Below are positions 8,066 to 17,896 of a stretch of DNA of 64,000 bases, piece by piece. The DNA is from a virus. The notes below the pieces were generated by a model that did no database searches, was not told the origin of the DNA, and worked only from the letters and a program-made list of their open reading frames with translations. Made by a program: the position numbers and the translations under genes. The number at the start of each line of letters is the position of its first letter. Position 1 is the stretch's first letter. Location: IMG/VR virus record IMGVR_UViG_3300009164_000064, positions 1 to 64,000 of that record. The stretch is one strand, 5' to 3'.

Positions 8066-9768
8066 TACCATACTATCCTACTAAAGTTTTTAACTTTTTT
8101 GAACTTAATCTCATGATCGAAACGATCTTTGACACGACTATTGTGTGAGATAACAAACACGTTAGAATCTTCCTGCTTACTGAGGATTTCAAACAACGCA
8201 TCTTCTGCTTCATCATCAGCAGGACCATCACACACTTCATCTAGGATCAACAGGTTTGTTGCCACTGAATTGCGTAGTCTTGCAACTTCACGCCATGTAA
8301 ACATCAGCGCCAAATCGATACGAAACTTCTCACCTTCAGAGAACGACTCATATGAGAATGTATCTCTAAAACGAGACTTTAACACTTCATTGAACTCTTC
8401 GTCAAGATTAAACTCACAAAGAAAGTCCATGTCAGCAAGATATTTGTTGATTGTCTTGTTGATGATAGGAATGTACTGTTGAACAATCTTGGTCTTGATA
8501 CCGCTATCCTTAAGGAACACGGCAGATACATCAAGGATTTCCTTGTGCTTTTTCATGATAGACAAGTTGTCTTTATGCTCTACCAGTTCAACCTTAGCGT
8601 TATCATAGTCGCTGTTATCTTCAATGGTGTTAGCAACATTACGTAGAGCAATAATTTCTTTGTTCAACTCAGCGATACTGCGATTGTATAGAGTGATCTT
8701 GGTGTTGCTATCTTGAATAGAACGATTTAACATGGTTATCTGTGTGTTAGTTGTTTCAATCTGATTGATACGATCATTCACATCCTTAAGCTTTTGCTTA
8801 AGATCATCAACCCCACCAGAAACTTCTTGAAGCTTACCGCTACGCTTTTCTACCACACTGCCCTTATAATCAGGATCAATATCTTGCTTACAGGTAGGAC
8901 ATTCATCATGGTTATTAAAGAAATCAATTTCCTTCTTCAACCCACGAATGCGTTCGTTTAAGGCAGAACCCATCTCAATGATTTTGTTCTTGCGCTTTGA
9001 TACTTTATCTTCGTCAGCAATCTCTTCTAGAAGCTCATTAACCTGAGACTGATATCCATTGATACCAACATTTAACAGGCAACAGTCTGCTTCAAGCTCC
9101 TGTACCTTGATTTCCTTCTGAGCGATTAGTTCTTCATTGTTTGCCTTGAGCGAATCAATATGCTTTTTATGAAGGGCAATCTTTTGCTCACATAATTCAA
9201 TCTCGTACTCTGTCTCTCTTATATGAGACTTGTTCTCTGAAATACGTGACTTCAGAATACCGTTCATAACAGAAAAGATTTGAATATCAAGATAGTCTTC
9301 TACGATCTTGCGGCGGTCAGGAGTTGTCAGGCGCATGAAAGGAATGTAGTTAGCAGAGCCAAGCACCACCACCTGAGTGAAGGTCTTGTGGTTCATCTTG
9401 ATATGGTTCTTTTCAAAGTTCTCTTGGTCTTCTCTAGCACCTTCCTTATCAAGCATCTTACCGTTGCATGTGATATCAAACACGGTTGGCTTCATACCAC
9501 GACGAATTTGATACTCTGTACCATTGATAGACATGTCAAGTTCCACCATCAAACCTTTGTTGGTGATAGTGTTCATTAGCTGCTTAAGAGTGATGTTGCG
9601 GAATGGCTTATTGAACAGCACGTAGCAAAGTGCATCAAGAATAGTAGACTTTCCGCTACCATTCTTGCCAGAGATAAGTGTTAGGTCATTACGGATCAGG
9701 TCAATCTCAGTGAATTGGTTCCCTGATGACAGAAAGTTTTGATATCGCAATTTCTTAAAAAGAATCAT
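8065..9768 (-). CDS. gp46: recombination exonuclease ATPase subunit gp46 (Rad50/SbcC-like)
   Basis: GKNGSGKS Walker A, CPTC zinc hook, FSEGEK signature, ILDE Walker B. Confidence 0.97.
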   Translation of the reverse strand: MILFKKLRYQNFLSSGNQFTEIDLIRNDLTLISGKNGSGKSTILDALCYVLFNKPFRNITLKQLMNTITNKGLMVELDMSINGTEYQIRRGMKPTVFDITCNGKMLDKEGAREDQENFEKNHIKMNHKTFTQVVVLGSANYIPFMRLTTPDRRKIVEDYLDIQIFSVMNGILKSRISENKSHIRETEYEIELCEQKIALHKKHIDSLKANNEELIAQKEIKVQELEADCCLLNVGINGYQSQVNELLEEIADEDKVSKRKNKIIEMGSALNERIRGLKKEIDFFNNHDECPTCKQDIDPDYKGSVVEKRSGKLQEVSGGVDDLKQKLKDVNDRINQIETTNTQITMLNRSIQDSNTKITLYNRSIAELNKEIIALRNVANTIEDNSDYDNAKVELVEHKDNLSIMKKHKEILDVSAVFLKDSGIKTKIVQQYIPIINKTINKYLADMDFLCEFNLDEEFNEVLKSRFRDTFSYESFSEGEKFRIDLALMFTWREVARLRNSVATNLLILDEVCDGPADDEAEDALFEILSKQEDSNVFVISHNSRVKDRFDHEIKFKKVKNFSRIVW

Positions 9769-9771
9769 AGA

Positions 9772-10818
9772 TTAACCTACATACAAAGCTTCAGTGTACA
9801 GCCCTGTAAGATAATCGTCAAGCTCTACCTTATCTACTGTTACATCTGAAGAATTAATCACCTTACGTAGAATTCCTAGTGTGCTCTCAGCATCAACCAT
9901 CTCATCCTCTTCATCCATATTGAGAACAGTCTTTTGTTCAATAATGTTGAACTTAAAAGGATTTTGTTCTTCAATCTTATGAACAAATTGCTCATATTTC
10001 GTATCATTATTTCTACGTTCAACAACAAGCTTGATAGCAGCACCTTCCAATAGACTAAAATCAATATCCATATCCTTACTGTCATCATATGTAATGATGT
10101 GAAACATATGGAAGGGATTAGGAATAAAGGTCATTTCAAGGGTGTCTGTGTCAAACACATGAAATCCCTTCTGATCTTCGTAATCGGCCCATGTCATCTC
10201 ATATGGCGTACCAAGATAAGTGATATTGCCCTTTGAAGAGCGGTGATGATAGTGACCAGAATATACAGCACGAAACTTACTAAAGATATTGCTATCCATG
10301 CCCTTATTCATGATAGAACCACGATGCATCTCAAAACCAGCTAGCTCTAGGTGTCCGAAAACAACACCATTAGCATCAGCAGCATCAATCATCTTCATGC
10401 AGTCATCATAGTTTTCCTGACAAATCCATGGTAGGATCAACACAGGAAGATCATCGAAGGCCCATAGTGTTGGCGAAGAGAAAGCACGAATTTTTTGATA
10501 CCCATAGAGAAGGCTCTCTTGAGTATTGATCTTGATGCTATTGCGGTGAAAGCTATCGTGATTACCCACAAAGGTAAGTAGGGAGATATCCCTCTCATGC
10601 ATCACATCAAAGAAATATTCTTTGGCTAAGGTAAGGGACTTCAGGTTGATTTGCTTCTTGTTATCAAACAAGTCACCAACCTGAAGCACCCTATCAATGC
10701 AGTTCTCTTCCAGATATGGAAAAAACACTTCAGAGTAAAACTTCTTCATATGAGCATGAAAATGCTCCGAATCGTTTCTTACTCCGAAGTGTGTGTCACC
10801 AAGCACTGCAATTTTCAT
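9772..10818 (-). CDS. gp47: recombination nuclease subunit gp47 (Mre11/SbcD-like)
   Basis: GDTHFG, GDLFD, GNHD, SGHYH phosphoesterase motifs. Confidence 0.97.
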   Translation of the reverse strand: MKIAVLGDTHFGVRNDSEHFHAHMKKFYSEVFFPYLEENCIDRVLQVGDLFDNKKQINLKSLTLAKEYFFDVMHERDISLLTFVGNHDSFHRNSIKINTQESLLYGYQKIRAFSSPTLWAFDDLPVLILPWICQENYDDCMKMIDAADANGVVFGHLELAGFEMHRGSIMNKGMDSNIFSKFRAVYSGHYHHRSSKGNITYLGTPYEMTWADYEDQKGFHVFDTDTLEMTFIPNPFHMFHIITYDDSKDMDIDFSLLEGAAIKLVVERRNNDTKYEQFVHKIEEQNPFKFNIIEQKTVLNMDEEDEMVDAESTLGILRKVINSSDVTVDKVELDDYLTGLYTEALYVG

Positions 10819-10821
10819 AAT

Positions 10822-10998
10822 CTACCTTCTTTTTTTATCTTGCTCTTTTCTAAAAGCGGCAAGAGCCTGTTCACAATATTCTTTAGTTACTTCTAGTACT
10901 TGTGCTCTATTAAACTTTTCGTTTTGTGAAGTACTACTATTACTTAATGCCTCTGCCATCTGTTGAACGATAGCAGGAACAGAATTAAACCTACTCAT
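10822..10998 (-). CDS. hypothetical protein
   Basis: MSRFNSVPAIVQQ... with GGAG SD, between gp55 and gp47. Confidence 0.65.
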   Translation of the reverse strand: MSRFNSVPAIVQQMAEALSNSSTSQNEKFNRAQVLEVTKEYCEQALAAFRKEQDKKRR

Positions 10999-11548
10999 CT
11001 TCTTCATCTCCAAAAAAATTCTCTAATCCGGCTTTCTTCGTAGCCTTGGTTGTTGGTTTTGCATCATACTTTTCCGACAGACTTGATAATTTATCATAAT
11101 CCATGGTTACTATGAATGCATTAAAATGGCTCTGATCATCAGGGGCCATCTCAACCAAGGTGTTCATCACCAGAGAGTTTTCCATAGACTTGTACCTGAT
11201 GTACGATTGCTTTTTCTCTTTGTCAATGCGTCTTAGGAATGCATAGTACATGATTTGTGTAAAATATGCAAATGGGTTGCTTGACTTTTCAGGATCAAAG
11301 TTGTGTAGATATCTGAAACAATTTTCAATTGCATCGCCAATCATATCATCACGGTATGTGTATCCAATGAAGTTTCTATTGGTTGATAGGCGATTAGCAA
11401 TTAACCATACGCATTCACCAATATAGTTACTTGCAATCGGTGGTTCAAGTCCTGCTTCTTTTGCTTCTTTATACTTGTTAGTGTATATAATCATCTCTGC
11501 ATATAAACGCTTATTGTCTACATAGTGATTGTCTGTTGTTTTTTCCAT
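10991..11548 (-). CDS. gp55: late-transcription sigma factor gp55
   Basis: HYVDNK, NFIGYTYRDDMIGDAIENC, NPFAYFTQI..AFLRRI.KEKKQ. Confidence 0.97.
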   Translation of the reverse strand: MEKTTDNHYVDNKRLYAEMIIYTNKYKEAKEAGLEPPIASNYIGECVWLIANRLSTNRNFIGYTYRDDMIGDAIENCFRYLHNFDPEKSSNPFAYFTQIMYYAFLRRIDKEKKQSYIRYKSMENSLVMNTLVEMAPDDQSHFNAFIVTMDYDKLSSLSEKYDAKPTTKATKKAGLENFFGDEEDE

Positions 11549-11557
11549 GTCGTTTCC

Positions 11558-11983
11558 TTAATTAACCGAGCCACTGCCGGGATTAAAATTACGAAGATGA
11601 AGTTCTTTCATAATTTTTTCTAAACTTGATTCAGACATGTGTTCATCAAGCTGAGCAGTAGCTTCTTTGATCTGTCTTTCAATTCTTTTCTTTGTATATT
11701 GTTTGGCAAATACAATTGCCTTTTGATAATACTCAGCCATAACTTTTGATGCTGGATAATATGTCATGACCGCCTTATTTGGAACAGTCATTAGATCATC
11801 ATCCGATAACATCATACCATCACGTAGTTTCATGGTAACTGTACCATACTCATCATATCCATCGACAATCGCCATTGGATTAGCAATGTTATAATATGGC
11901 ATATCATTTTTCGGAAATTCATCCGTACCATCAAGTGCGCCGATAAACTCTTCTCCAGAAATAAGTTTAAATACAAAAATCAT
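11558..11983 (-). CDS. conserved hypothetical protein (possible Sm-like fold)
   Basis: FKLISGEEFIG N-terminus; position between uvsW and gp55. Confidence 0.65.
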   Translation of the reverse strand: MIFVFKLISGEEFIGALDGTDEFPKNDMPYYNIANPMAIVDGYDEYGTVTMKLRDGMMLSDDDLMTVPNKAVMTYYPASKVMAEYYQKAIVFAKQYTKKRIERQIKEATAQLDEHMSESSLEKIMKELHLRNFNPGSGSVN

Positions 11984-13461
11984 TTCAATTTTACCTTATA
12001 AATTTTATAATCAAATTTTTCTTGGTCGTAGATATTGACACGTTCTTCGAAGTGCTTTAGAGCAAAGTTCTTCTTAGCACCCTTGGTAAGGTTATCGACA
12101 ATATCATATAGATATGCCTCATCCTTATCCTTGTGTTGTCTCAACATACGTCCAATGGACTGTAGTACTTTGATCTTAGACTTCAGAGGTCCAGCAGCGA
12201 TCATATGATGCAATTTCTTAATAGAGACACCCGTACTTGTGGTACCAAGTGATGCAATAAGAATTGCGTTTTCTTCGTCTTCCATTGCTTTACGGATAGC
12301 CTCTCTATCCTTTACGCCTCCATCAATATAGAAAGCGTTGCTTTGGTCCTTGAGTGCTTCATGAAGAATTTTTCCATGGGCAACTAGACGAAAGAACAGT
12401 AATTTATTGCCCTTGAGAGATAACGCCAAGTTTCTGATGAAATTGGTTCTCTTCTGGTAATTGATTAGGAAATCCACTTCTTCTGCATATGTCTTTTTTC
12501 TGTTCTTCTGTTCAACAGGATCAAAGATAGGCTTATGGAATTCCTTGATAACTTCATCTGGATATTCAAGGACAATGCATTTGATTTTAATGTCTGATGC
12601 GTGTCCTTGATCAATTAATTCTCTGGTTGTTGTCGTAGTATGTGGTGGACCAAATAGTCCCTCAATGGTTGCTTTATTAAGTTCAATATTATCTAGCGTA
12701 CCTGTTGTACCAAATCTATATGGTGTATTTTCCATAGCAGATATAATTTTAATGAGAGATGTTGCCTTACAACCGTGCGCTTCATCTCCTATAACTACTT
12801 GAAACTGATTATACCATGGCTTTGGCATAGTCGATCTACCATTTTCAAGTGACTGCCATGTGGTGATAACAATATCAGCGTCGATATCATTATTTTTTTC
12901 TAGACCACCGATTGATGTTGCGATCTTTCCTTTGAACCCGTATGAGCGAATATCATCTTCAAACTGTGCTACTAGACCAGTTGAAGGTACAATGATCAGT
13001 GTCTTCTCGCTGTACCATGTAGCAATCAAGTAGATCATAAAAGACTTACCTGATGATGTTGGCGATAGAAGAGTTCTTCTGCGTGTTCTTAAACACTTTA
13101 CAACAGCCTCAACCTGATAGTCTCGTATTTCGAGCCATTCAGGGAGTTCCAATGCTTTAATATGTTCTAGTACTTCATTAACGGATACGTTATCGTATGT
13201 CAACTGTTTATCGAAAGAAAAACTATAACCTACACTATCGCAATACTTCTTGATGCGAAGAGCAAGACCAGCATATACAAGACCAGTAACATTATTTACT
13301 AATCGAATTTTTCCGTCCCAAAATTTATTCTTAAAATTTGGATGGTACTTATAGTTCTCTGCGAAGAATGTGAGCTTATCAGAAAGCTCCATTAAGATGC
13401 CAGAGTCGGCTCTTACTCTACAATGAACATCATTTATGTATTCAAGATGTACGTCACTCAT
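11980..13461 (-). CDS. uvsW: DNA helicase UvsW
   Basis: RDYQ Q-motif, PTSSGKS, DEAH, QSIGRMLR. Confidence 0.96.
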   Translation of the reverse strand: MSDVHLEYINDVHCRVRADSGILMELSDKLTFFAENYKYHPNFKNKFWDGKIRLVNNVTGLVYAGLALRIKKYCDSVGYSFSFDKQLTYDNVSVNEVLEHIKALELPEWLEIRDYQVEAVVKCLRTRRRTLLSPTSSGKSFMIYLIATWYSEKTLIIVPSTGLVAQFEDDIRSYGFKGKIATSIGGLEKNNDIDADIVITTWQSLENGRSTMPKPWYNQFQVVIGDEAHGCKATSLIKIISAMENTPYRFGTTGTLDNIELNKATIEGLFGPPHTTTTTRELIDQGHASDIKIKCIVLEYPDEVIKEFHKPIFDPVEQKNRKKTYAEEVDFLINYQKRTNFIRNLALSLKGNKLLFFRLVAHGKILHEALKDQSNAFYIDGGVKDREAIRKAMEDEENAILIASLGTTSTGVSIKKLHHMIAAGPLKSKIKVLQSIGRMLRQHKDKDEAYLYDIVDNLTKGAKKNFALKHFEERVNIYDQEKFDYKIYKVKLK

Positions 13462-13464
13462 TCA

Positions 13465-13899
13465 TTAGCCACCACTTGTATATTTAATCCAATCGATTGC
13501 GTTTTTGATTTGAAATCCACGATTGGATAGGTTTTTGATAATAGATTCGAGCAGAGAAACCTTTTCGTGCTGGACACCAATCTTCAGGCTTAGCTGAATG
13601 ATATCATTGTCAGCATCAACATATTGCTGAACATCAGAACGAATTACCTTGCCAATTGCAGGTAGTTCCCAACCCTTCTCTTGCGTTTCATTTGTTGGAC
13701 CCTGAGTATAGAATTCATACTTCTCCAACTTTAGAAGCTTTAGTTCAGAATCATACTTACGAAGCAAAATCTTTTCGTTAGTATATATCTCGCTATATTT
13801 TTGATGCAGTGACGAAATCTTCAGAGATTCTTCGCCAAGGTCCATGCGGTCAATTTTGCTATCTTCAGCCCAAAAAGCGTAAATTGATTCGAGTTTCAT
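13465..13899 (-). CDS. uvsY: recombination mediator UvsY
   Basis: W..DSKID...SLHQKY...NRGFQIKNAIDWIK. Confidence 0.93.
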   Translation of the reverse strand: MKLESIYAFWAEDSKIDRMDLGEESLKISSLHQKYSEIYTNEKILLRKYDSELKLLKLEKYEFYTQGPTNETQEKGWELPAIGKVIRSDVQQYVDADNDIIQLSLKIGVQHEKVSLLESIIKNLSNRGFQIKNAIDWIKYTSGG

Positions 13900-13934
13900 A
13901 ATATATCCTTTAATGCGTCTCAGTTATTGAGACG

Positions 13935-13963
13935 ATCATAACATTGATTCGTTATGGTGTCAA
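13935..13963 (-). promoter_or_regulatory. sigma70-type promoter for the uvsY-uvsW-gp55-47-46 unit
   Basis: TTGACA (13963-13958)-17 nt-TATGAT (13940-13935). Confidence 0.78.
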
Positions 13964-14433
13964 TCCATCACATCAAAATAATATCTATTAAATCTAAAGC
14001 CTACAATTGAAGTAGCATACTGTATTTCGGGTAGTGTACTATCAAATTCAATAGGAGATAGTGAAATAGGAAATACGTCTGTAAACCTTACATGGATGTG
14101 TGGCTGTAGATTGTTATTAAGAATGAACACAGAACAGTCTGACTTAATATTACTATATTGACCTAGATCGTCAGGGTGTCCCAGATGTACCATCCAGTTA
14201 AAAATCTCAAGATAGTCAGCCATATTTTCACCAACCATAAATTTAATGGAAAGTTCATCGTATGTTATGTTACCTGCGCTGTAATATGGTACAAATGGCG
14301 TTGGAGATGCAATTGCACCTAGATTGATACCAGGAATAGTTACAGTCTGTGCACGATACTCTAACTCAGGTGTGATGCTCAGTTTGAACCTAAAATTCAG
14401 TTGAGATAGATTATTTTGATCTGGCATGAACAT
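13960..14433 (-). CDS. gp3: tail tube terminator/completion protein gp3
   Basis: NLSQLNFRF, IPGINLG, YDELSIKFMVGENMADYLEIFNWM, FPISLSPIEF; synteny with uvsY. Confidence 0.85.
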   Translation of the reverse strand: MFMPDQNNLSQLNFRFKLSITPELEYRAQTVTIPGINLGAIASPTPFVPYYSAGNITYDELSIKFMVGENMADYLEIFNWMVHLGHPDDLGQYSNIKSDCSVFILNNNLQPHIHVRFTDVFPISLSPIEFDSTLPEIQYATSIVGFRFNRYYFDVMD

Positions 14434-14448
14434 TTTGGTATTTTCCTC

Positions 14449-14477
14449 TTGACCAACCGAGTCGGTGTGGTTATAAT
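14449..14477 (+). promoter_or_regulatory. sigma70-type promoter for the plus-strand island
   Basis: TTGACC-17 nt-TATAAT. Confidence 0.8.
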
Positions 14478-14503
14478 AGATTTGTAGATATGAAAACTAA
14501 TAG

Positions 14504-14511
14504 TATTTATA
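14504..14511 (-). promoter_or_regulatory. T4-type late promoter (TATAAATA) for gp3
   Basis: Exact TATAAATA on the minus strand upstream of gp3. Confidence 0.7.
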
Positions 14512-14526
14512 TAGTAAGGAAATAAG

Positions 14527-14712
14527 ATGATTCGAATTCAAAGAATGAGAGACACAGGAAACTGGACGCAGATGAGCACTTGTTCAAAGACAAGTGATTC
14601 TATTTTAAATCATCTGATGGAAAGGGTTGCCAAACAGAAAATGAATGGCTATACTAATCGTGTCAGAGCAATTGATGATTCAGGTAATCTGATTAACTTC
14701 TATAGCGGATAA
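14527..14712 (+). CDS. hypothetical protein
   Basis: 61-aa ORF with AAGGA SD, downstream of a sigma70 promoter. Confidence 0.7.
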   Translation: MIRIQRMRDTGNWTQMSTCSKTSDSILNHLMERVAKQKMNGYTNRVRAIDDSGNLINFYSG

Positions 14713-14733
14713 CACTGCTTTTGCAAAGGAAAT

Positions 14734-15060
14734 ATGATGAATAAAGAACAATATGATAATTTATATTATAGAGCAGCTTTTAGGGAATCTGGATACTGGT
14801 CATTACTAATGCATGTCAAGTATACGACAGGATCAACAAAGTTTATTTTTGATGATGAAAAAAGTGCACGTGATGCATACGAAGGAATGGCGGAAGCCTT
14901 AAAGAAAGATAAAAATTATTCAAATGAACGTGAGCGTACCTTTACGTTTACATCATATGGTAATTCTAGTACAACTGTTGATATATCTGATATTAGTTAT
15001 ATTAGCGTAAACGCTCCTACCAAACATTTATTTGAGGATGAAGAAATTGAAAATGCTTGA
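14734..15060 (+). CDS. hypothetical protein
   Basis: 108-aa ORF with AAGGA SD. Confidence 0.72.
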   Translation: MMNKEQYDNLYYRAAFRESGYWSLLMHVKYTTGSTKFIFDDEKSARDAYEGMAEALKKDKNYSNERERTFTFTSYGNSSTTVDISDISYISVNAPTKHLFEDEEIENA

Positions 15061-15259
15061 AATTTTAAAATGGATTGGCACCATATGTGTGATTGTTGCA
15101 GCAGCATGTCGTGCATTTGAATTCCACTCCATCGATCTTATTTTGTCAATTATCGGAGCATCTGTCTGGGGATATGCTGCTTATAAGATGAATGATAAAC
15201 CATTGATGGTTGTTAATGGATTTATTACTGCCATTCTTATCTATGGTGTAGTAAAGTAA
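15053..15259 (+). CDS. small integral membrane protein (3 predicted helices)
   Basis: MLEILKWIGTICVIVAA...; three hydrophobic segments; start likely ATG 15053. Confidence 0.7.
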   Translation: MLEILKWIGTICVIVAAACRAFEFHSIDLILSIIGASVWGYAAYKMNDKPLMVVNGFITAILIYGVVK

Positions 15260-15264
15260 TACAC

Positions 15265-15308
15265 AAAAAAAGGGGAGAGCCTTTTCGACTCTCCCCTTAA
15301 TTTTTTTG
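15265..15308. terminator. bidirectional intrinsic terminator between gp23 and the plus-strand island
   Basis: AAGGGGAGAG...CTCTCCCCTT hairpin flanked by an A-run and a T-run. Confidence 0.88.
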
Positions 15309-15325
15309 TCCGTAGACAACCAAAC

Positions 15326-16711
15326 TTACATAAGGTTGTTAACGATCAGACGGCGATAGTACTGGTTTGTATCCTGAGCAACAACACCAGAAGATGCATC
15401 GGTTAGACCACGTGCAAATGGATTGGCTACCATACCGTATCGTGTCTTGAAGCCGATCTTTGGCTGGAATGTATCAGGGTTTACAGCACGAACCATTTGT
15501 AGTGGAACATATGGGCAGTAGAACAGACCAGCATCAAATGCTGAGCTACCCTTGTAACCAACTACTAGGTAGTTAGCACCAGCATATGGATCGATGTACA
15601 CACGTAGGCGACCATTAAGAACACCAGCGAAGGTATTGCCTGTGTCATCTACGTTTAGGTTGTTGCTGTTAAGAGCAGGGGCATAGTCAAGAACACCAGC
15701 CATTTGAAGGGCAGAAGCAACATCTGATGAACAGATGATGATATTACCCTTACCACGTCTTGTACCCTTGGCGATAGCGTTAGCTTCACGCTCAACTTGG
15801 AACATAAGACCCTTGAACTTTTCAACTGACCAACGACCATTTGAGTCGGTGTCAAGATCGAAAATACCAGCAGCAGTTGTACCTTCAGCAGCACCACGAA
15901 CAGCAGAAATAACAACTGTACGGATAACTTCACGGTTAATTTCAGCTAGAATTTCAGCAGATAGAATGTTTGAAAGTTCTGTTTCTGCGTCAAGACCGTG
16001 AATTGCCTTAAGGTCTTGTGCTAGTTCTAGTGAGTATTCTGCCTTTAGAGCACGGCTGTTAGCAGTTACAGAAACCTTCTCGATTGAGAAAGCCATTTCT
16101 GGGAATACTGTACCTGAGCCTAGACCTTCAGCAGCGGCAGTAGCAATACCACCACCAAAGTTGTATGCGTCTGTAGAAGCGTTGTTAATAGTTGTAGGAT
16201 ATAGACCTACGTTATTAGCAGCACCACCCATTGCTGAACCACTAGCATAACCAGCAGTAGTTGCTGACATGCCTGAAGAACCACCACGACCTGAGAATGC
16301 AGTATTTGCTTCACCGTAGAATGCTTCGTTACCGTCCTGTGCAGCATAACGTGCTCTCATTGCGAAGATAAGACCTGTTGGGCCTGTCATTGGCTGAACG
16401 CCGCAGATATCATAAGCAACGAGGTTAGGCATAGCACGACGAACTAGTGAGATAAGCACTGGATCGAATGTGTCAACTGCGCCAGCAGAAGCAGTTGATG
16501 AAGATGCGCCCATTGAGTTAACTGGTGCAGCTTCGCTAAGGAAGCCTGAGCCACCCATACCTGCTGAACGAGCTTCACGGATTGCATTTTCAGTATTTTC
16601 TAGAACTTGAGCAGTAACCGCTCTACGGTGACTGTCCTTGATTTCTGGAAGATCAGCGTGTTCAAGCACTGGCTTCCACTTGTTTTGAATTTCTTCAGCT
16701 AGATATGACAT
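15326..16711 (-). CDS. gp23: major capsid protein gp23
   Basis: DPVLISLVRRAMPNL, GVQPMTGPTGLIFAMR, SRALKAEYSLELAQDLKAIHGLDAE, FQPKIGFKTRYG. Confidence 0.99.
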   Translation of the reverse strand: MSYLAEEIQNKWKPVLEHADLPEIKDSHRRAVTAQVLENTENAIREARSAGMGGSGFLSEAAPVNSMGASSSTASAGAVDTFDPVLISLVRRAMPNLVAYDICGVQPMTGPTGLIFAMRARYAAQDGNEAFYGEANTAFSGRGGSSGMSATTAGYASGSAMGGAANNVGLYPTTINNASTDAYNFGGGIATAAAEGLGSGTVFPEMAFSIEKVSVTANSRALKAEYSLELAQDLKAIHGLDAETELSNILSAEILAEINREVIRTVVISAVRGAAEGTTAAGIFDLDTDSNGRWSVEKFKGLMFQVEREANAIAKGTRRGKGNIIICSSDVASALQMAGVLDYAPALNSNNLNVDDTGNTFAGVLNGRLRVYIDPYAGANYLVVGYKGSSAFDAGLFYCPYVPLQMVRAVNPDTFQPKIGFKTRYGMVANPFARGLTDASSGVVAQDTNQYYRRLIVNNLM

Positions 16712-16755
16712 TTGGTTTCTTCTCCCTTGAGTATAAAAGCTTGTTTCAGCTATTA

Positions 16756-16763
16756 TATTTATA
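16756..16763 (-). promoter_or_regulatory. late promoter (TATAAATA) for gp23
   Basis: Exact consensus in the intergenic region. Confidence 0.85.
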
Positions 16764-16776
16764 AAATTTTAGTTTT

Positions 16777-17862
16777 TCACTTGACAGACTTAGAAATTGC
16801 TTTCATGTAGTGCTGCATGTGAGCAGGTACGGCGGCTGTCTTGTCTTCGTCATCAACAGTGCCATCAATTTCTTCAGTGATGAAACCAGTTGACTTTGTT
16901 GTCTTCTTGTTGGAAATGTTTTCCTTCAAAATTGAAAGCTTTTTGTCATATGTTTTAGCATCAGTGAATTCGATGCCTTCAGCAAGTGTACGTAGCTTTT
17001 CAGATTGAATTGCAGAAAGACCTTCTGACATTTCATCTAGAGCAGCTTCACGAGTTGCTTCATCAATGATTGCTTGTAGTTCAAGCTTTGAATCGACTGT
17101 TTCGTTTAGCTTAGCCTTAACTTCTTCAAGTTCAGACTTCATCTCAGCAACTAGATCGATTTGTTCGTCTGGAACACGAATATAGTGTTCAGCAAATAGA
17201 CCATGTAGACCCTGAATGAAATCTTCAGCAATTTCTGCACGTAATGAATTCTCTACAGCAAGCCTGTTTTCTTCTAGCCATTCCTTGATTGCGTAATCAA
17301 GATACTGGTCAAGCTTTTCTGATAGGTCTTCAAACATATTGTTTGTTTCTTCTTGAAGCTTTGTTTCAAATTCTTCTTCAAGAGCAGCAACAGTTTCTTC
17401 AAATTCTTCCTGTAATTCGGCTTCCTTGAGAGTTGCACGAACAGCTACAGCAGCTTCAAATACAGTTGTTGCCTTTTCCTTAAATTCTTCTGAAAGGTCA
17501 TCGCTAGCGAACATATCATCGATATCTTCCTTAACAGCACCCTTCATAGCGATTGTTGCGGCATTCTTAGCAGCAGCGTCATTTGGAATGTTCGCAGCTT
17601 CTTGACCAATTGATGCAACAGTACGGTTATAAAGATCAGATAGGTCTTCCTTACCAAGCTGTGCAGCAAGCGCAGCAAAGGTAGCAAGCATCTGAGCCTT
17701 TGATTCTGTACCACCTGAACCAGCACCCGGATTAAGAGTGTCAGCAGCGGTAGCTTCGATAATTTCTCGTGAAGCCTCATCAAGATTGTCAAACTCTTCT
17801 TGTGAAAGATTTTCAGCAAACTCTAGAATTTCCGCTTCAGTCATAGTCTTTAGATCGACCAT
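16777..17862 (-). CDS. gp22: prohead core scaffold gp22
   Basis: LSEEFKEKATTVFEAAV, LDQYLDY..EW.EEN; synteny. Confidence 0.93.
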   Translation of the reverse strand: MVDLKTMTEAEILEFAENLSQEEFDNLDEASREIIEATAADTLNPGAGSGGTESKAQMLATFAALAAQLGKEDLSDLYNRTVASIGQEAANIPNDAAAKNAATIAMKGAVKEDIDDMFASDDLSEEFKEKATTVFEAAVAVRATLKEAELQEEFEETVAALEEEFETKLQEETNNMFEDLSEKLDQYLDYAIKEWLEENRLAVENSLRAEIAEDFIQGLHGLFAEHYIRVPDEQIDLVAEMKSELEEVKAKLNETVDSKLELQAIIDEATREAALDEMSEGLSAIQSEKLRTLAEGIEFTDAKTYDKKLSILKENISNKKTTKSTGFITEEIDGTVDDEDKTAAVPAHMQHYMKAISKSVK

Positions 17863-17888
17863 CTTTTACTCCTCTGTATAGTTTATAG

Positions 17889-17896
17889 TATTTATT
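17889..17896 (-). promoter_or_regulatory. late promoter variant (AATAAATA) for gp22
   Basis: NATAAATA upstream of gp22. Confidence 0.55.
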
